Shown here: positions 1 to 8,577 of the stretch, piece after piece | Layout: every line of letters starts with the position of its first letter | How positions within the stretch are numbered: position 1 is the first letter of the stretch | Origin: an uncultured delta proteobacterium | GTDB lineage: Bacteria; Desulfobacterota; Syntrophia; Syntrophales; Smithellaceae | Direction of reading: 5' to 3' | DNA length: 64,000 nt | Assembly: GCA_963753975.1 (NCBI GenBank) | Contig: CAVWEH010000005.1 | Span: 448,001 to 512,000 of the forward strand | Position numbers and translations under genes: made by a program | Notes under the pieces: model-generated | Databases searched by the model: none | Told to the model about the DNA's origin: nothing | The model's input: the letters and a program-made list of their open reading frames with translations, nothing else

Positions 1-243
1 TTTGACTTAGGCCTGGCTGTTCAAACACTTTGTTTAAAAGCCCACGAGTTGGGCTTAGGTACTGTTGTAGTCGGTTTAATGAACCATGAAGCTTGCAAAA
101 GAATCCTTGCCGTTCCCGATGGTCATGAGGTCGTAGCCGTTATCCCTATCGGACGGCCTGTATTGCCTTTAAGAGAAGGCCCGCCGCGTAAATCTGTCGT
201 CGAAATCGTTTCCCTGAATCAATTTGGCAAGACGATGTTTTAA
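1..243 (+). CDS. Nitroreductase family protein, C-terminal part (5' truncated by window)
   Basis: Frame 1 is open from base 1: FDLGLAVQTLCLKAHELGLGTVVVG...VVAVIPIGRP...PPRK, a typical nitroreductase C-terminal signature. Confidence 0.85.
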   Translation, partial: FDLGLAVQTLCLKAHELGLGTVVVGLMNHEACKRILAVPDGHEVVAVIPIGRPVLPLREGPPRKSVVEIVSLNQFGKTMF

Positions 244-259
244 CGCAGAAAAAAGTAAA

Positions 260-767
260 ATGGCGAAATTCGAAAAATATATAAATCTGGCGAAATCGTT
301 GAAAGCGGTTTATGCAAAAATGATATCGCCTCAGGATATTTGCTTTGATATCCGGGCCTTATTGAAATGCCGATGGGGATGCGAAGATTTCTTTCAGAAC
401 AGTATACGCTGTGGAACAAGAAATACTTCCTACCAAGAGCGAGTAGAAATGGTCAAAGGTTATGACCATATTCTGTTAGTTCACTCTCATGATGCCAGAG
501 AATTGAGCATTGCCGTTCTGGAAATCGAGAAAACTGCATTCCTTGACGGCTACTATTTTGCTTTCGCCATTCGAACCTGTAATCTTTGTAAGGTTTGTGT
601 CGTACAGCAGGGTAATTCTTGTCCAACTCCCGGAGAAGATAAGACCCTGCGATCAAAGTTTCGGTATTGATGTATATAAAACAGCGCGAAATTTAGGACT
701 GCCCTGTGAAGTCCTGCAAAGTGAGCATGATGTTCAAAACCGGTATGGCTTTGTTCTGCTTGATTGA
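260..767 (+). CDS. DUF2284 family Cys-rich metal-binding protein (one +1 frameshift at ~629-631)
   Basis: KCRWGC, CNLCKVC...CPTP; removing one C from ccc gives PEKIRPC..FGIDVYKTARNLG; joins ORFs 224..670 and 510..767. Confidence 0.8.
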
Positions 768-811
768 ATGGATTGCCCATAACATCCAGCGAAAGATGAA
801 AAGGAGAAAAT

Positions 812-1576
812 ATGAAGCAATTCGTCATTACTCCAGCGGCCGGTAAAAGACTGATCGGTAAAGCAATCGCTAAACATCCCGCCGTCACAGAAGCGCTGAA
901 GAGGGGTACCGTCGTAATCATAGCCGGGACGACAAATGGCTATGTTGCCGAAGAAATACTTTCAGCGCTGGGAGGAACAAAAGACTTTACGCGGGATCGA
1001 TTTTTCCGCGGAATTGTTTTACCGCCGAACCGCCCTACCAAATCCGGGCGGCTTCCCGATGAAAGTGCTTTCCCGGGTGACGTGGTAATCAAGGATGGTG
1101 TATGGCATAAAGGCAAAACAATATTTGATGTTGTCGATGATCTGAAAGAGGGGGACATTATATTAAAGGGAGTCAACGCCATTGATTTAGTACAAAAGCG
1201 GGGTGCGATTTTGATCGGTCATCCGAAAGCAGGAACTATCGGCGTTTCTCTGCAGGCAGTGGCCGGCAGACGAGTGCGTCTCATGCTGCCAGTTGGGCTG
1301 GAAAAACGCGTGACCGAAAATCTGGATGAACTAGCAGCAAAGATGAATGAACCGGGAGCGCTGGGCGCAAGGTTTCTACCCGTGCCCGGCGAGATTTTCA
1401 CCGAGCTTGACGCGATCGCGTTACTCACCGGTGCCAGGGCACAACTGGTTGCGGCAGGCGGAGTTTGTGGGGCGGAAGGAAGCGTATGGCTGGCTATAAG
1501 CGGAGAGCCTGCACAAGAAAATGCTGCGGCGGCGCTTTTCAAGTCAGTTGCCGATGAACCGGCGTTCAGCCTTTAA
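812..1576 (+). CDS. Conserved hypothetical protein
   Basis: 254-aa ORF with [19 protein letters not shown] and PVGLEK motifs; function unknown. Confidence 0.7.
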   Translation: MKQFVITPAAGKRLIGKAIAKHPAVTEALKRGTVVIIAGTTNGYVAEEILSALGGTKDFTRDRFFRGIVLPPNRPTKSGRLPDESAFPGDVVIKDGVWHKGKTIFDVVDDLKEGDIILKGVNAIDLVQKRGAILIGHPKAGTIGVSLQAVAGRRVRLMLPVGLEKRVTENLDELAAKMNEPGALGARFLPVPGEIFTELDAIALLTGARAQLVAAGGVCGAEGSVWLAISGEPAQENAAAALFKSVADEPAFSL

Positions 1577-1593
1577 AGGCGGAAAGCTGTGCA

Positions 1594-2250
1594 ATGGAAG
1601 AAAATCAAATCAATACCGTCATCAAAATTTTAAAAAAAGAACTGGAAGTGGGAACACTGCCGATTGTTTCGCATCTGGCTGAAGACCAGCGCGACCCTTT
1701 TGTCATCTTAATTTCCACGCTGTTGAGCCTGCGGACGAAAGACGAAGTGACCGCCGTTGCGACCGAACGACTGTTTGCTCTTGCTTCCACACCGGAAGGA
1801 ATGCTGAAAGTTCCTTTAGATAAAATAGCCCGGACGATTTATCCCGTTGGTTTTTATCGCGTCAAAGCGCGCACGATTCATCATGTTTGTCGGGAATTGA
1901 TCAAACGCTTTGCCTCAAAAGTTCCGGATGACCTTGACGATTTGCTGAGTATCAAAGGCATTGGCCGCAAAACCGCCAATCTGGTTGTAACGCTTGCTTA
2001 CGGCAAAGACGGCATTTGTGTCGATACACACGTGCACAGAATTTCCAACCGGCTGGGCTACGTTAAAACAAAAACACCCGACGAAACTGAATTTGCCCTG
2101 AGGGACAAGCTGCCGCGCCGCCACTGGATTATTTATAATACCATCATGGTTGCCTTTGGACGCCAAACCTGCAAGCCTGTTTCTCCGCTTTGCAGCCTCT
2201 GTCCTGTAAATAAATACTGCGACCGTGTCGGGGTCACTCTTAGCCGTTAA
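1594..2250 (+). CDS. nth: Endonuclease III
   Basis: HhH motif LLSIKGIGRKTAN, VDTHVHR, 4Fe-4S motif CKPVSPLCSLCPVNKYC. Confidence 0.93.
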   Translation: MEENQINTVIKILKKELEVGTLPIVSHLAEDQRDPFVILISTLLSLRTKDEVTAVATERLFALASTPEGMLKVPLDKIARTIYPVGFYRVKARTIHHVCRELIKRFASKVPDDLDDLLSIKGIGRKTANLVVTLAYGKDGICVDTHVHRISNRLGYVKTKTPDETEFALRDKLPRRHWIIYNTIMVAFGRQTCKPVSPLCSLCPVNKYCDRVGVTLSR

Positions 2251-2297
2251 CAGTGCTGAGCCGCCTTCATTGGACGTAAACCACGGGTATCTATGAA

Positions 2298-2369
2298 ACC
2301 CTCCGCCTATGGCGGGATTGTTCAACTTACCAATTTCTCTACACTTCGTTACGGAAATTGGAGTTTCAC
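2298..2369. repeat. Partial copy of a modular palindromic repeat (family also at 12666-12839, 51065-51157, 58470-58611)
   Basis: accctccgcc-tat-ggcgggat hairpin followed by caacttaccaattt...aattggagtttcac, matching 58471-58489 and 58565-58611. Confidence 0.7.
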
Positions 2370-2379
2370 AATAAAAAAG

Positions 2380-2408
2380 TTGACGAGTTTTCAGCGTTTT
2401 GGTATTGT
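2380..2408 (+). promoter_or_regulatory. Putative sigma70 promoter of secG
   Basis: TTGACG-17 nt-TATTGT. Confidence 0.5.
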
Positions 2409-2502
2409 CCTTCCGCTTTAATCCCGGATAAAAGGATTGGGCTTTTTGGCGGGGATAAAGCACATTTTCAACAATAAAAATTTTGGAAAAAGAGAAATTT
2501 AT

Positions 2503-2850
2503 ATGCAAACATTTATTACACTTATACATGTTTTAGCTTGCTTTGTTTTGATTTTAGTTGTGCTGCTGCAGGCAGGTAAAGGAGCCGATATGGGTGCTGC
2601 ATTTGGCGGTTCCAGCCAAACGGTTTTTGGTTCTTCAGGAGCCGGTACTTTTTTGGGTAAGTTGACCGCGACAGTAGCCATAATTTTCATGCTCACATCT
2701 CTGATACTTACATATACGGCAAGCCATAGAAGTTCTTCTTCATTAATAGAACGTTCTACAATTCCCGTAACTCAGCAGGCGCCTCCAGCGGCAGCCCCGG
2801 ACGCCGCCAAACAACCGGTACTACCTCCCGCAACACCGGAAAAGAAGTAA
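2503..2850 (+). CDS. secG: Preprotein translocase subunit SecG
   Basis: LILVVLLQAGKGADMGAAFGGSSQTVFGSSG signature; followed by tRNA-Leu, as is common. Confidence 0.95.
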   Translation: MQTFITLIHVLACFVLILVVLLQAGKGADMGAAFGGSSQTVFGSSGAGTFLGKLTATVAIIFMLTSLILTYTASHRSSSSLIERSTIPVTQQAPPAAAPDAAKQPVLPPATPEKK

Positions 2851-2866
2851 TAAGAAAATGTTTGAT

Positions 2867-2952
2867 GCCGAAGTGGTGGAATTGGTAGACACGCTATCTT
2901 GAGGGGGTAGTGGACAAAATCCGTCCGGGTTCAAATCCCGGCTTCGGCACCA
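2867..2952 (+). tRNA. tRNA-Leu(GAG)
   Basis: Acceptor stem GCCGAAG/CTTCGGC, ACCA end, D-loop GGAATTGGTAGAC, anticodon stem CTATC-TTGAGGG-GGTAG, long variable arm, GGTTCAAATCC. Confidence 0.96.
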
Positions 2953-2964
2953 TATCGATGATAT

Positions 2965-3001
2965 AAGGCGCAATTTTAACGAGTTGCGCCTTTTCTTTTT
3001 T
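2965..3001 (+). terminator. Rho-independent terminator after tRNA-Leu
   Basis: aaggcgcaa...ttgcgcctt hairpin followed by a T-tract. Confidence 0.8.
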
Positions 3002-3101
3002 GGATGGTTGCCGATGTAACTAATACACTTACTTAGATCGCCTTGGAAAACGAAGATTGCGAGCGCTGAAACATCCAATCAACATAAAAAAAAGTGAGTT
3101 G

Positions 3102-3650
3102 TCAAAAATTCGGGTACCAAGGTGGCCCCCCATAATCCTGATCCCAGGGTGGCCCCCAATAATATGTCTCCGGAAACCAGTAGGGACTAACATAGTGATA
3201 ACGGTATCGAGGCCAAAGGTAGATCTGACGAGCTTTAATAACAACGTACTTGTAATGCATCTTCCCTACCGGCGCCGTCTCTACGCCACTGACAGTGCCG
3301 GCAACTGTCACTTCTCTGCCGTTTGCATATATCGCGGGATCAAGAAATTGAGACACATTTACTATTAATCGTCCCTGACTATCTTTCCAGTCCTTCGGTT
3401 TTTCGTACTTATTGAGCGGAAAAGTAAGAATGGTAAGCGTTGTGGTTTCATCTTCATTATTCATGGTAGTGACAATCACTCCACCGATAATTATGGTTTT
3501 CCCTTTAAATTTATCCGGATTCTGCCGGATCTCAACAAATCCTGTTATCGGAACAGCTTCATCACGAATTTCTTTTGAGATAATCGGCATTGTACAACTG
3601 CACAGAACAAGAAGTCCCGCAAAAACTGCGCATGAGGCAATCGTTTTCAT
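3102..3650 (-). CDS. Slp family outer-membrane lipoprotein
   Basis: Lipobox LCSC; GGVIV, GRLIV..FLDPAIYANGREVTVAGTV motifs; Tyr/Pro/Trp-rich tail. Confidence 0.85.
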   Translation of the reverse strand: MKTIASCAVFAGLLVLCSCTMPIISKEIRDEAVPITGFVEIRQNPDKFKGKTIIIGGVIVTTMNNEDETTTLTILTFPLNKYEKPKDWKDSQGRLIVNVSQFLDPAIYANGREVTVAGTVSGVETAPVGKMHYKYVVIKARQIYLWPRYRYHYVSPYWFPETYYWGPPWDQDYGGPPWYPNF

Positions 3651-3925
3651 TCTCGCCACACCTCCTTCTAGGAATTGCAAAGTATTCCTACTTTGTTAGA
3701 CTACTTCCCTGAGTAGTGCTTATCAATGATAATTAAATGATAGCAAAATGAGATAAAAAACTACTGATTATGCCCGATTTCGGTGCACGTTCAATGTCTT
3801 GAAGTGATAAATCCTATGGTCCTGCCTTCATTGCCATACAGAAATGGCTTGTTTATATTCAGTGTCAACATAGAAGGTTATTACCAACAATGCAAACGAC
3901 TGCAGTTTGCTGTCTTGGAGGATAA

Positions 3926-4699
3926 ATGACTACACGCTTTCAGGAAAAAGAATTGAACTCACTATCAATCGACAAGAAATCCTATTTTGCGGTCATTTCG
4001 GCAATCTTTATCGTGATCTATGCACAATATTTATTGCCCTGGAATAATCCAATAGCCGGACCTCTTTTTACTTAAGGTCTCTCGATCTTGTGGATATCCC
4101 GGCTGTGTGGGGCGGACATCGTCCGGCGGGCATTCGCCAACAACAAGGCTGCACTGCATTACAGAATGGGGGGCATTCGGCGTGTTCGCCCTGACGGGCG
4201 CTATTACCGCAACTGGTGTGTTCTACGTCATTTCCATCATTGATCCTCGTGCGTTGAATCTCCTGCACAGGCCAATTCCATTGCTTTACTTGCCGAAGAA
4301 TACATCTTCAGAGGATTCATATTTGGCAGCATGCTCCGTCTGTAGCCGGAACGTCACTGGCTGCTGTTGGCTTTTCTTTCTTCTCTGTTCTTTGCCGCGG
4401 CACACCTCTACTATATTCTCATATTCGGAATCGCTTCTCTCGTGCCGCTTACCGAAGTCATAAGCATTGGCATGGCCATGGCAGTCACATACTACCTTTC
4501 CGGCGGAAATCTTTTAATCCCCGCCTTGATACACGGGGCCTTTGATGCGTCTGGCTTTATTGCTGCAGGAATACCCCCTGAAATCGGGATAGCCCTCAGA
4601 CAATCCATGATCATCGCCGGCATTGTTATTACATTTTCGTTTCTCCGCAAACACACAGATGGGAACTTACCGCCTCCCTCAAAAAGAATATCCTGGTAA
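3926..4699 (+). pseudogene. Degraded CPBP (CAAX-like) intramembrane protease
   Basis: GGAGG RBS and ATG at 3926; in-frame TAA near 4073; frame changes; C-terminal fragment has FAAAHLY and ALIHGAFD motifs but the EE..FRG motif is missing. Confidence 0.6.
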
Positions 4700-4754
4700 T
4701 ACTACAAAAGGTTACCTTTTTGAAGATACCGGAACCGGTTGGGATCGGCGCTAT

Positions 4755-5177
4755 TTATTCAGAATCTTTTTCTAATTTGAATCGACGCTTTCTATCCGTA
4801 TAAACCAGCTCCTTCAAAAGTTGTTTTGTTCTCCGCAATTTTCCGTCTATGGAGATTTTCATATTGTCCAACTGTTCACATTTTTCAGTAATCGCTGTAC
4901 ATCTATCCGTCCATTCCTGGGAATGAAAATCCATTGTTTTGCGCTGTGCGGCCAGCGCCTCACTTTCCACAATTAGAACACTGTTGTCTTTTGCTGGCCG
5001 GGCTACTTTTCTTCTTTCCTTGAGAATCATTTCCTTCAAAAGCTGTTTTGTTCTCTGCAATTTTTCAACTTTAGAGATTTTCATATTGTCAAGCTGAGCG
5101 CACTTTTCGACAGCCGTTTTACATTTTTCTTCCCATTCCTTGGAGTAAAGATTTATCAAATTATATTGTTCTAGCAT
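4755..5177 (-). CDS. Hypothetical protein made of two tandem helical repeats
   Basis: GGAGG RBS before ATG 5177; motif S.EW...C....EKC.QLDNMKIS...KL.RTKQLLKE occurs twice with a 222-nt period. Confidence 0.65.
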   Translation of the reverse strand: MLEQYNLINLYSKEWEEKCKTAVEKCAQLDNMKISKVEKLQRTKQLLKEMILKERRKVARPAKDNSVLIVESEALAAQRKTMDFHSQEWTDRCTAITEKCEQLDNMKISIDGKLRRTKQLLKELVYTDRKRRFKLEKDSE

Positions 5178-5331
5178 TGCTTTGCCCTCCGCAGTCGGCA
5201 TTATCACAATGATTAGTAATAACAATAAGAGCTTCTTTTTCGCGTTAATGATTATAAGATGAGACCAATGAAGATGCAAATGAAAACTTTTCCAGACCTA
5301 ATTTGGGAATATACGCAAAATGGAGTTTCTA

Positions 5332-6192
5332 TCAAATTTTCTTTTGTGAGTGCTCTTTGATAATTTGCTCTATTTTCGCCCCATATAATTTGACTTTTTC
5401 CAGCGATAAATATTCTTGGAGATTATTATGATCTTGCGCAAGCGCGAGCAAGTTTTTATCCGGCAAAAACATGAATATGGCACGGTTTTCTTCTTTGGCC
5501 TGTTGGAAACGCCAGAAGTAAAGCCTTTTGAACAATTCTTTCTGCTCTTGATTTAGAGAGTAGTAGCCTTTGATTTTTGTATATCCCTGCCGGTCGATTC
5601 TTTTTTCTTGCCAAATACAGGAGGCGATTTTAGCAAACGCTTCTCTTGCCGACGCCTCTAAACCTTTTTTTCTCAACTCCGCGGCTTGCTTTTCATAAAG
5701 CGCCGGAAGATACGTAACATCCTGAACGGCATATTCCAGTTGTTCCTCAGTCAATGGCCGGCTGTCCCAACGTGAGCGTTGCATTTTTTTGCTCTTTTTC
5801 AGCTCCACGCCCACAAATTGCGTAATCATTTTTGTAAGCGATAGCTGTTTAAACCCAAGAAGAAGCGCCGCCCGATGCGTATCAAAAATATTCTGGAAAT
5901 CAAATTTATAATCTCTTTTGAGAAGACGGATATCGTTATCCGCAGCATGAAGAACTTTCACAATTTGCCGATTACCAAAATATTTACCTAAAAAAGACAA
6001 ATCAAGATTAGTCAAAGGGTCGAAAACATAGGTCGTTGTATTAACGTGAATTTGGATGAGACAGAGTTTTTCTTTAAAATAGCGGAAAGAATCGTATTCC
6101 GTGTCGATGCTCAATGCCGCAGCCTGTTCAAAATCATCAACGGCATGCAGTAATTTTTGGGGTGTATCTATCAGAAGCCATTTTGTATCCAT
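5332..6192 (-). CDS. rnd: Ribonuclease D (3'-5' exonuclease plus HRDC)
   Basis: IDTEY, KVLHAADNDI, FDT, WDSRPLTEEQLEYAVQDV; HRDC-like C-terminus. Confidence 0.88.
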   Translation of the reverse strand: MDTKWLLIDTPQKLLHAVDDFEQAAALSIDTEYDSFRYFKEKLCLIQIHVNTTTYVFDPLTNLDLSFLGKYFGNRQIVKVLHAADNDIRLLKRDYKFDFQNIFDTHRAALLLGFKQLSLTKMITQFVGVELKKSKKMQRSRWDSRPLTEEQLEYAVQDVTYLPALYEKQAAELRKKGLEASAREAFAKIASCIWQEKRIDRQGYTKIKGYYSLNQEQKELFKRLYFWRFQQAKEENRAIFMFLPDKNLLALAQDHNNLQEYLSLEKVKLYGAKIEQIIKEHSQKKI

Positions 6193-6201
6193 GCGTGCAA
6201 C

Positions 6202-6996
6202 TTACCAGAAACACTGATTTAACGCCATAAAAAAGACACTGAAAATACCAAGAAAAGTAAGGACAAAATAATCGGAGGAAGTCAGTCTTAATTCCACCAA
6301 AGAAGTGCGCTCTCCGCGCCGATAATTCCTTGCTTCCATCGCCAGGGCCAGTTCATCAGCCCTTTGGAAAACGCCCAACAAAACAATCATGACTAAAGAT
6401 AGAAAAGCTTTAATCCGCATGATAAGACCCGGCTGGCGCAAATTATATCCTCTGGCTTTTTGGGCAGTTTCCACCCTTTCCTTTTCAGTAAGTAAAATGG
6501 GCATGAGCCTTAGAGCCAGCATGATCATCACGGCGATATCATCAACCGGCACATGCAGGATTTTCAACGGCCGCAGAAAATATTTAATTGCCGCAATCAT
6601 CTGGGAGGGTGTTGTGGTCAGCGTCAGCAAAACCGCGGCCACAATCAGGCACAAAAAACGCCAGACGACGAAAAACCCCTGTTCTAATCCTGTATAAGAA
6701 AGAGAAAGCCCGAGATGAGGGACACTGACAAGAGCTTCACTTTCATTAAATAAGGTGTGAACCAAAAATATCAGGACTATGAAAAATAGAAGCGGTTTTA
6801 AGGCCTGGCCGATTGTCCGCAAACGTATGCCGTTTAGCAGTGTGGCGCAAAATAAGGCCATGCCGATAATAAACGCTGTAAGCGGCTTCGCCCAGATGAT
6901 AAAAACACTTAGGCAGATAGTGGCGGCAAGTTTTATGCGGGGATCAAGGTTATAGATGAGCGATTGGCCTTTTATGAAAGAGCCGGTATGATACAT
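6202..6996 (-). CDS. ecfT: ECF transporter transmembrane T component
   Basis: LDPRIKL, AQKARG and AMEARNY (two Ala-Arg-Gly-type motifs). Confidence 0.9.
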   Translation of the reverse strand: MYHTGSFIKGQSLIYNLDPRIKLAATICLSVFIIWAKPLTAFIIGMALFCATLLNGIRLRTIGQALKPLLFFIVLIFLVHTLFNESEALVSVPHLGLSLSYTGLEQGFFVVWRFLCLIVAAVLLTLTTTPSQMIAAIKYFLRPLKILHVPVDDIAVMIMLALRLMPILLTEKERVETAQKARGYNLRQPGLIMRIKAFLSLVMIVLLGVFQRADELALAMEARNYRRGERTSLVELRLTSSDYFVLTFLGIFSVFFMALNQCFW

Positions 6997-6998
6997 AA

Positions 6999-7832
6999 TC
7001 AAACCTTAAATTTGCCCGCTAAAGAGCGGATTTGCTCTAAAGCATCTTCCATTTTGACAATATCGGTGCGCACGTGGAAGCCCGATTCTCTGAGTTTAAG
7101 CAAGAGTTCGGTAATTTGAGGAAGCTGCATTCCTATCTGCTTCAGCATGCCGAATTTTCCGAAGATTTCCCGCGGAGAACCTTCAAGATAAACGCAGCCT
7201 TCATTCATGACTACTATTCTCTGAGTGAGAGCCGCTTCCGCCATGTTATGCGTAATATGAATTATCCCCACGCCCTCGGAGTGAAGTTTGTCAATAATCG
7301 TGAGAACTCGAATGCTCGCGGCAGGATCAAGAAAAGCAGTCGGTTCATCAAGCGCGATATAGTGCGGCCGCATAGCTAAAACACCAGCAATCGCCACCAG
7401 CCTTTTTTCACCGCCGGATAGATTTTCGATATTGCGGCAGGCAAGCTCTGATATGCCCACTCTGGCTAAAGATTCGGCAACCCTCTTCTTAATTTCCGCT
7501 GTCGGCAAACGCAAATTTTCCGGACCGAAAGCGACATCTTCTTCCACAGTCATACCGACTATTTGATTATCCGGATTTTGAAAAACCATCCCCACAAGCG
7601 ACCTAATGTCTGCTTGATGTTTTAGATCGTTCGTATTGTGGCCGCCTACTGTGACTTTGCCGCTTGCAGGCAGTAGCAAGGCGTTTAAGTGTCGAACAAG
7701 CGTGGTTTTGCCGCAACCGTTGGGGCCGATTAAAGCAAGGTGCTCGCCTTCTCTTACTTGCAGAGAAACACCGCGCAGAGCCTCAATTCCTTCCGGTTCA
7801 TATTTATAATAGACGTTTTCTAATAGTATCAC
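6999..7832 (-). CDS. ecfA: ECF transporter ATPase
   Basis: GPNGCGKTT, VFQNPDNQ, LSGGEK, LDEPT. Confidence 0.9.
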   Translation of the reverse strand: MILLENVYYKYEPEGIEALRGVSLQVREGEHLALIGPNGCGKTTLVRHLNALLLPASGKVTVGGHNTNDLKHQADIRSLVGMVFQNPDNQIVGMTVEEDVAFGPENLRLPTAEIKKRVAESLARVGISELACRNIENLSGGEKRLVAIAGVLAMRPHYIALDEPTAFLDPAASIRVLTIIDKLHSEGVGIIHITHNMAEAALTQRIVVMNEGCVYLEGSPREIFGKFGMLKQIGMQLPQITELLLKLRESGFHVRTDIVKMEDALEQIRSLAGKFKV

Positions 7833-7990
7833 TTAATAAATCCTAACCCCGATAAATGGGATAAGCCCCGCCCATACGGGATAAGTGCGTTTAAAAATTT
7901 GCTTTCTACTAGAAAGCGAATTCTAACTTGCTAGTGCGTTTACGAAATTATTTTCCGCCAAAAAAAACGCAGAAAATAATTTCCAACTTA

Positions 7991-8527
7991 CTAAACTTTT
8001 ATGCGGCCTTTGAGCCGTGAGCTGATAATGGCGGCAAGCAAAATTTTTATTACATCCCCCGGAATAAACGGCAGTATACCGACGGCCAGCACCTGGGGAA
8101 AGCTCATCTTAGCTACAAAAGAAAGCTGGAGCGCGCCCAGAAAGTAAATTATCACCATTCCGATCAGCATGGAAAAGACATTCCAGAAGATACCCGCGCT
8201 TTTTTTCATTTGATTTACCATCCCAATGACAAAAGCCGCTATAATGAAGCCCAGCAAATAACCGCCGGTGGGGCCGAAAATAACGCCTAATCCAGCTTTC
8301 CCCCCCTCAAAAACAGGTATTCCGACTATTCCCAGCAGTACATAAATAAATTGGCTTAAAGCTCCCAGTGACCCGCCCAAGAGTATAGCCGCAATATTTA
8401 AGAAAAATGTTTGCGCGGTGATAGGCACAAGCGGCAGGGGAATAATTATGAAAGCCCCCGCCGCAGTAAGCGCTCCAAAAAGCGCCGCATAAACCAGGCC
8501 TTTAACCGATATTTTGTCAGCAGTCAT
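7991..8527 (-). CDS. bioY: BioY family ECF S component
   Basis: VPITAQT, GIPVFEGG, GPTGGYLLGF, PFIPGDVIK. Confidence 0.9.
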   Translation of the reverse strand: MTADKISVKGLVYAALFGALTAAGAFIIIPLPLVPITAQTFFLNIAAILLGGSLGALSQFIYVLLGIVGIPVFEGGKAGLGVIFGPTGGYLLGFIIAAFVIGMVNQMKKSAGIFWNVFSMLIGMVIIYFLGALQLSFVAKMSFPQVLAVGILPFIPGDVIKILLAAIISSRLKGRIKV

Positions 8528-8577
8528 AAAATTTTTTTGTTTCTTATTAATATATTTTAAACGCGGCCGGTGCAAGC

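Noticed and set aside
2867..5300. Integrative element at tRNA-Leu
   Set aside because: No integrase, and no duplicated tRNA 3' end found in the window
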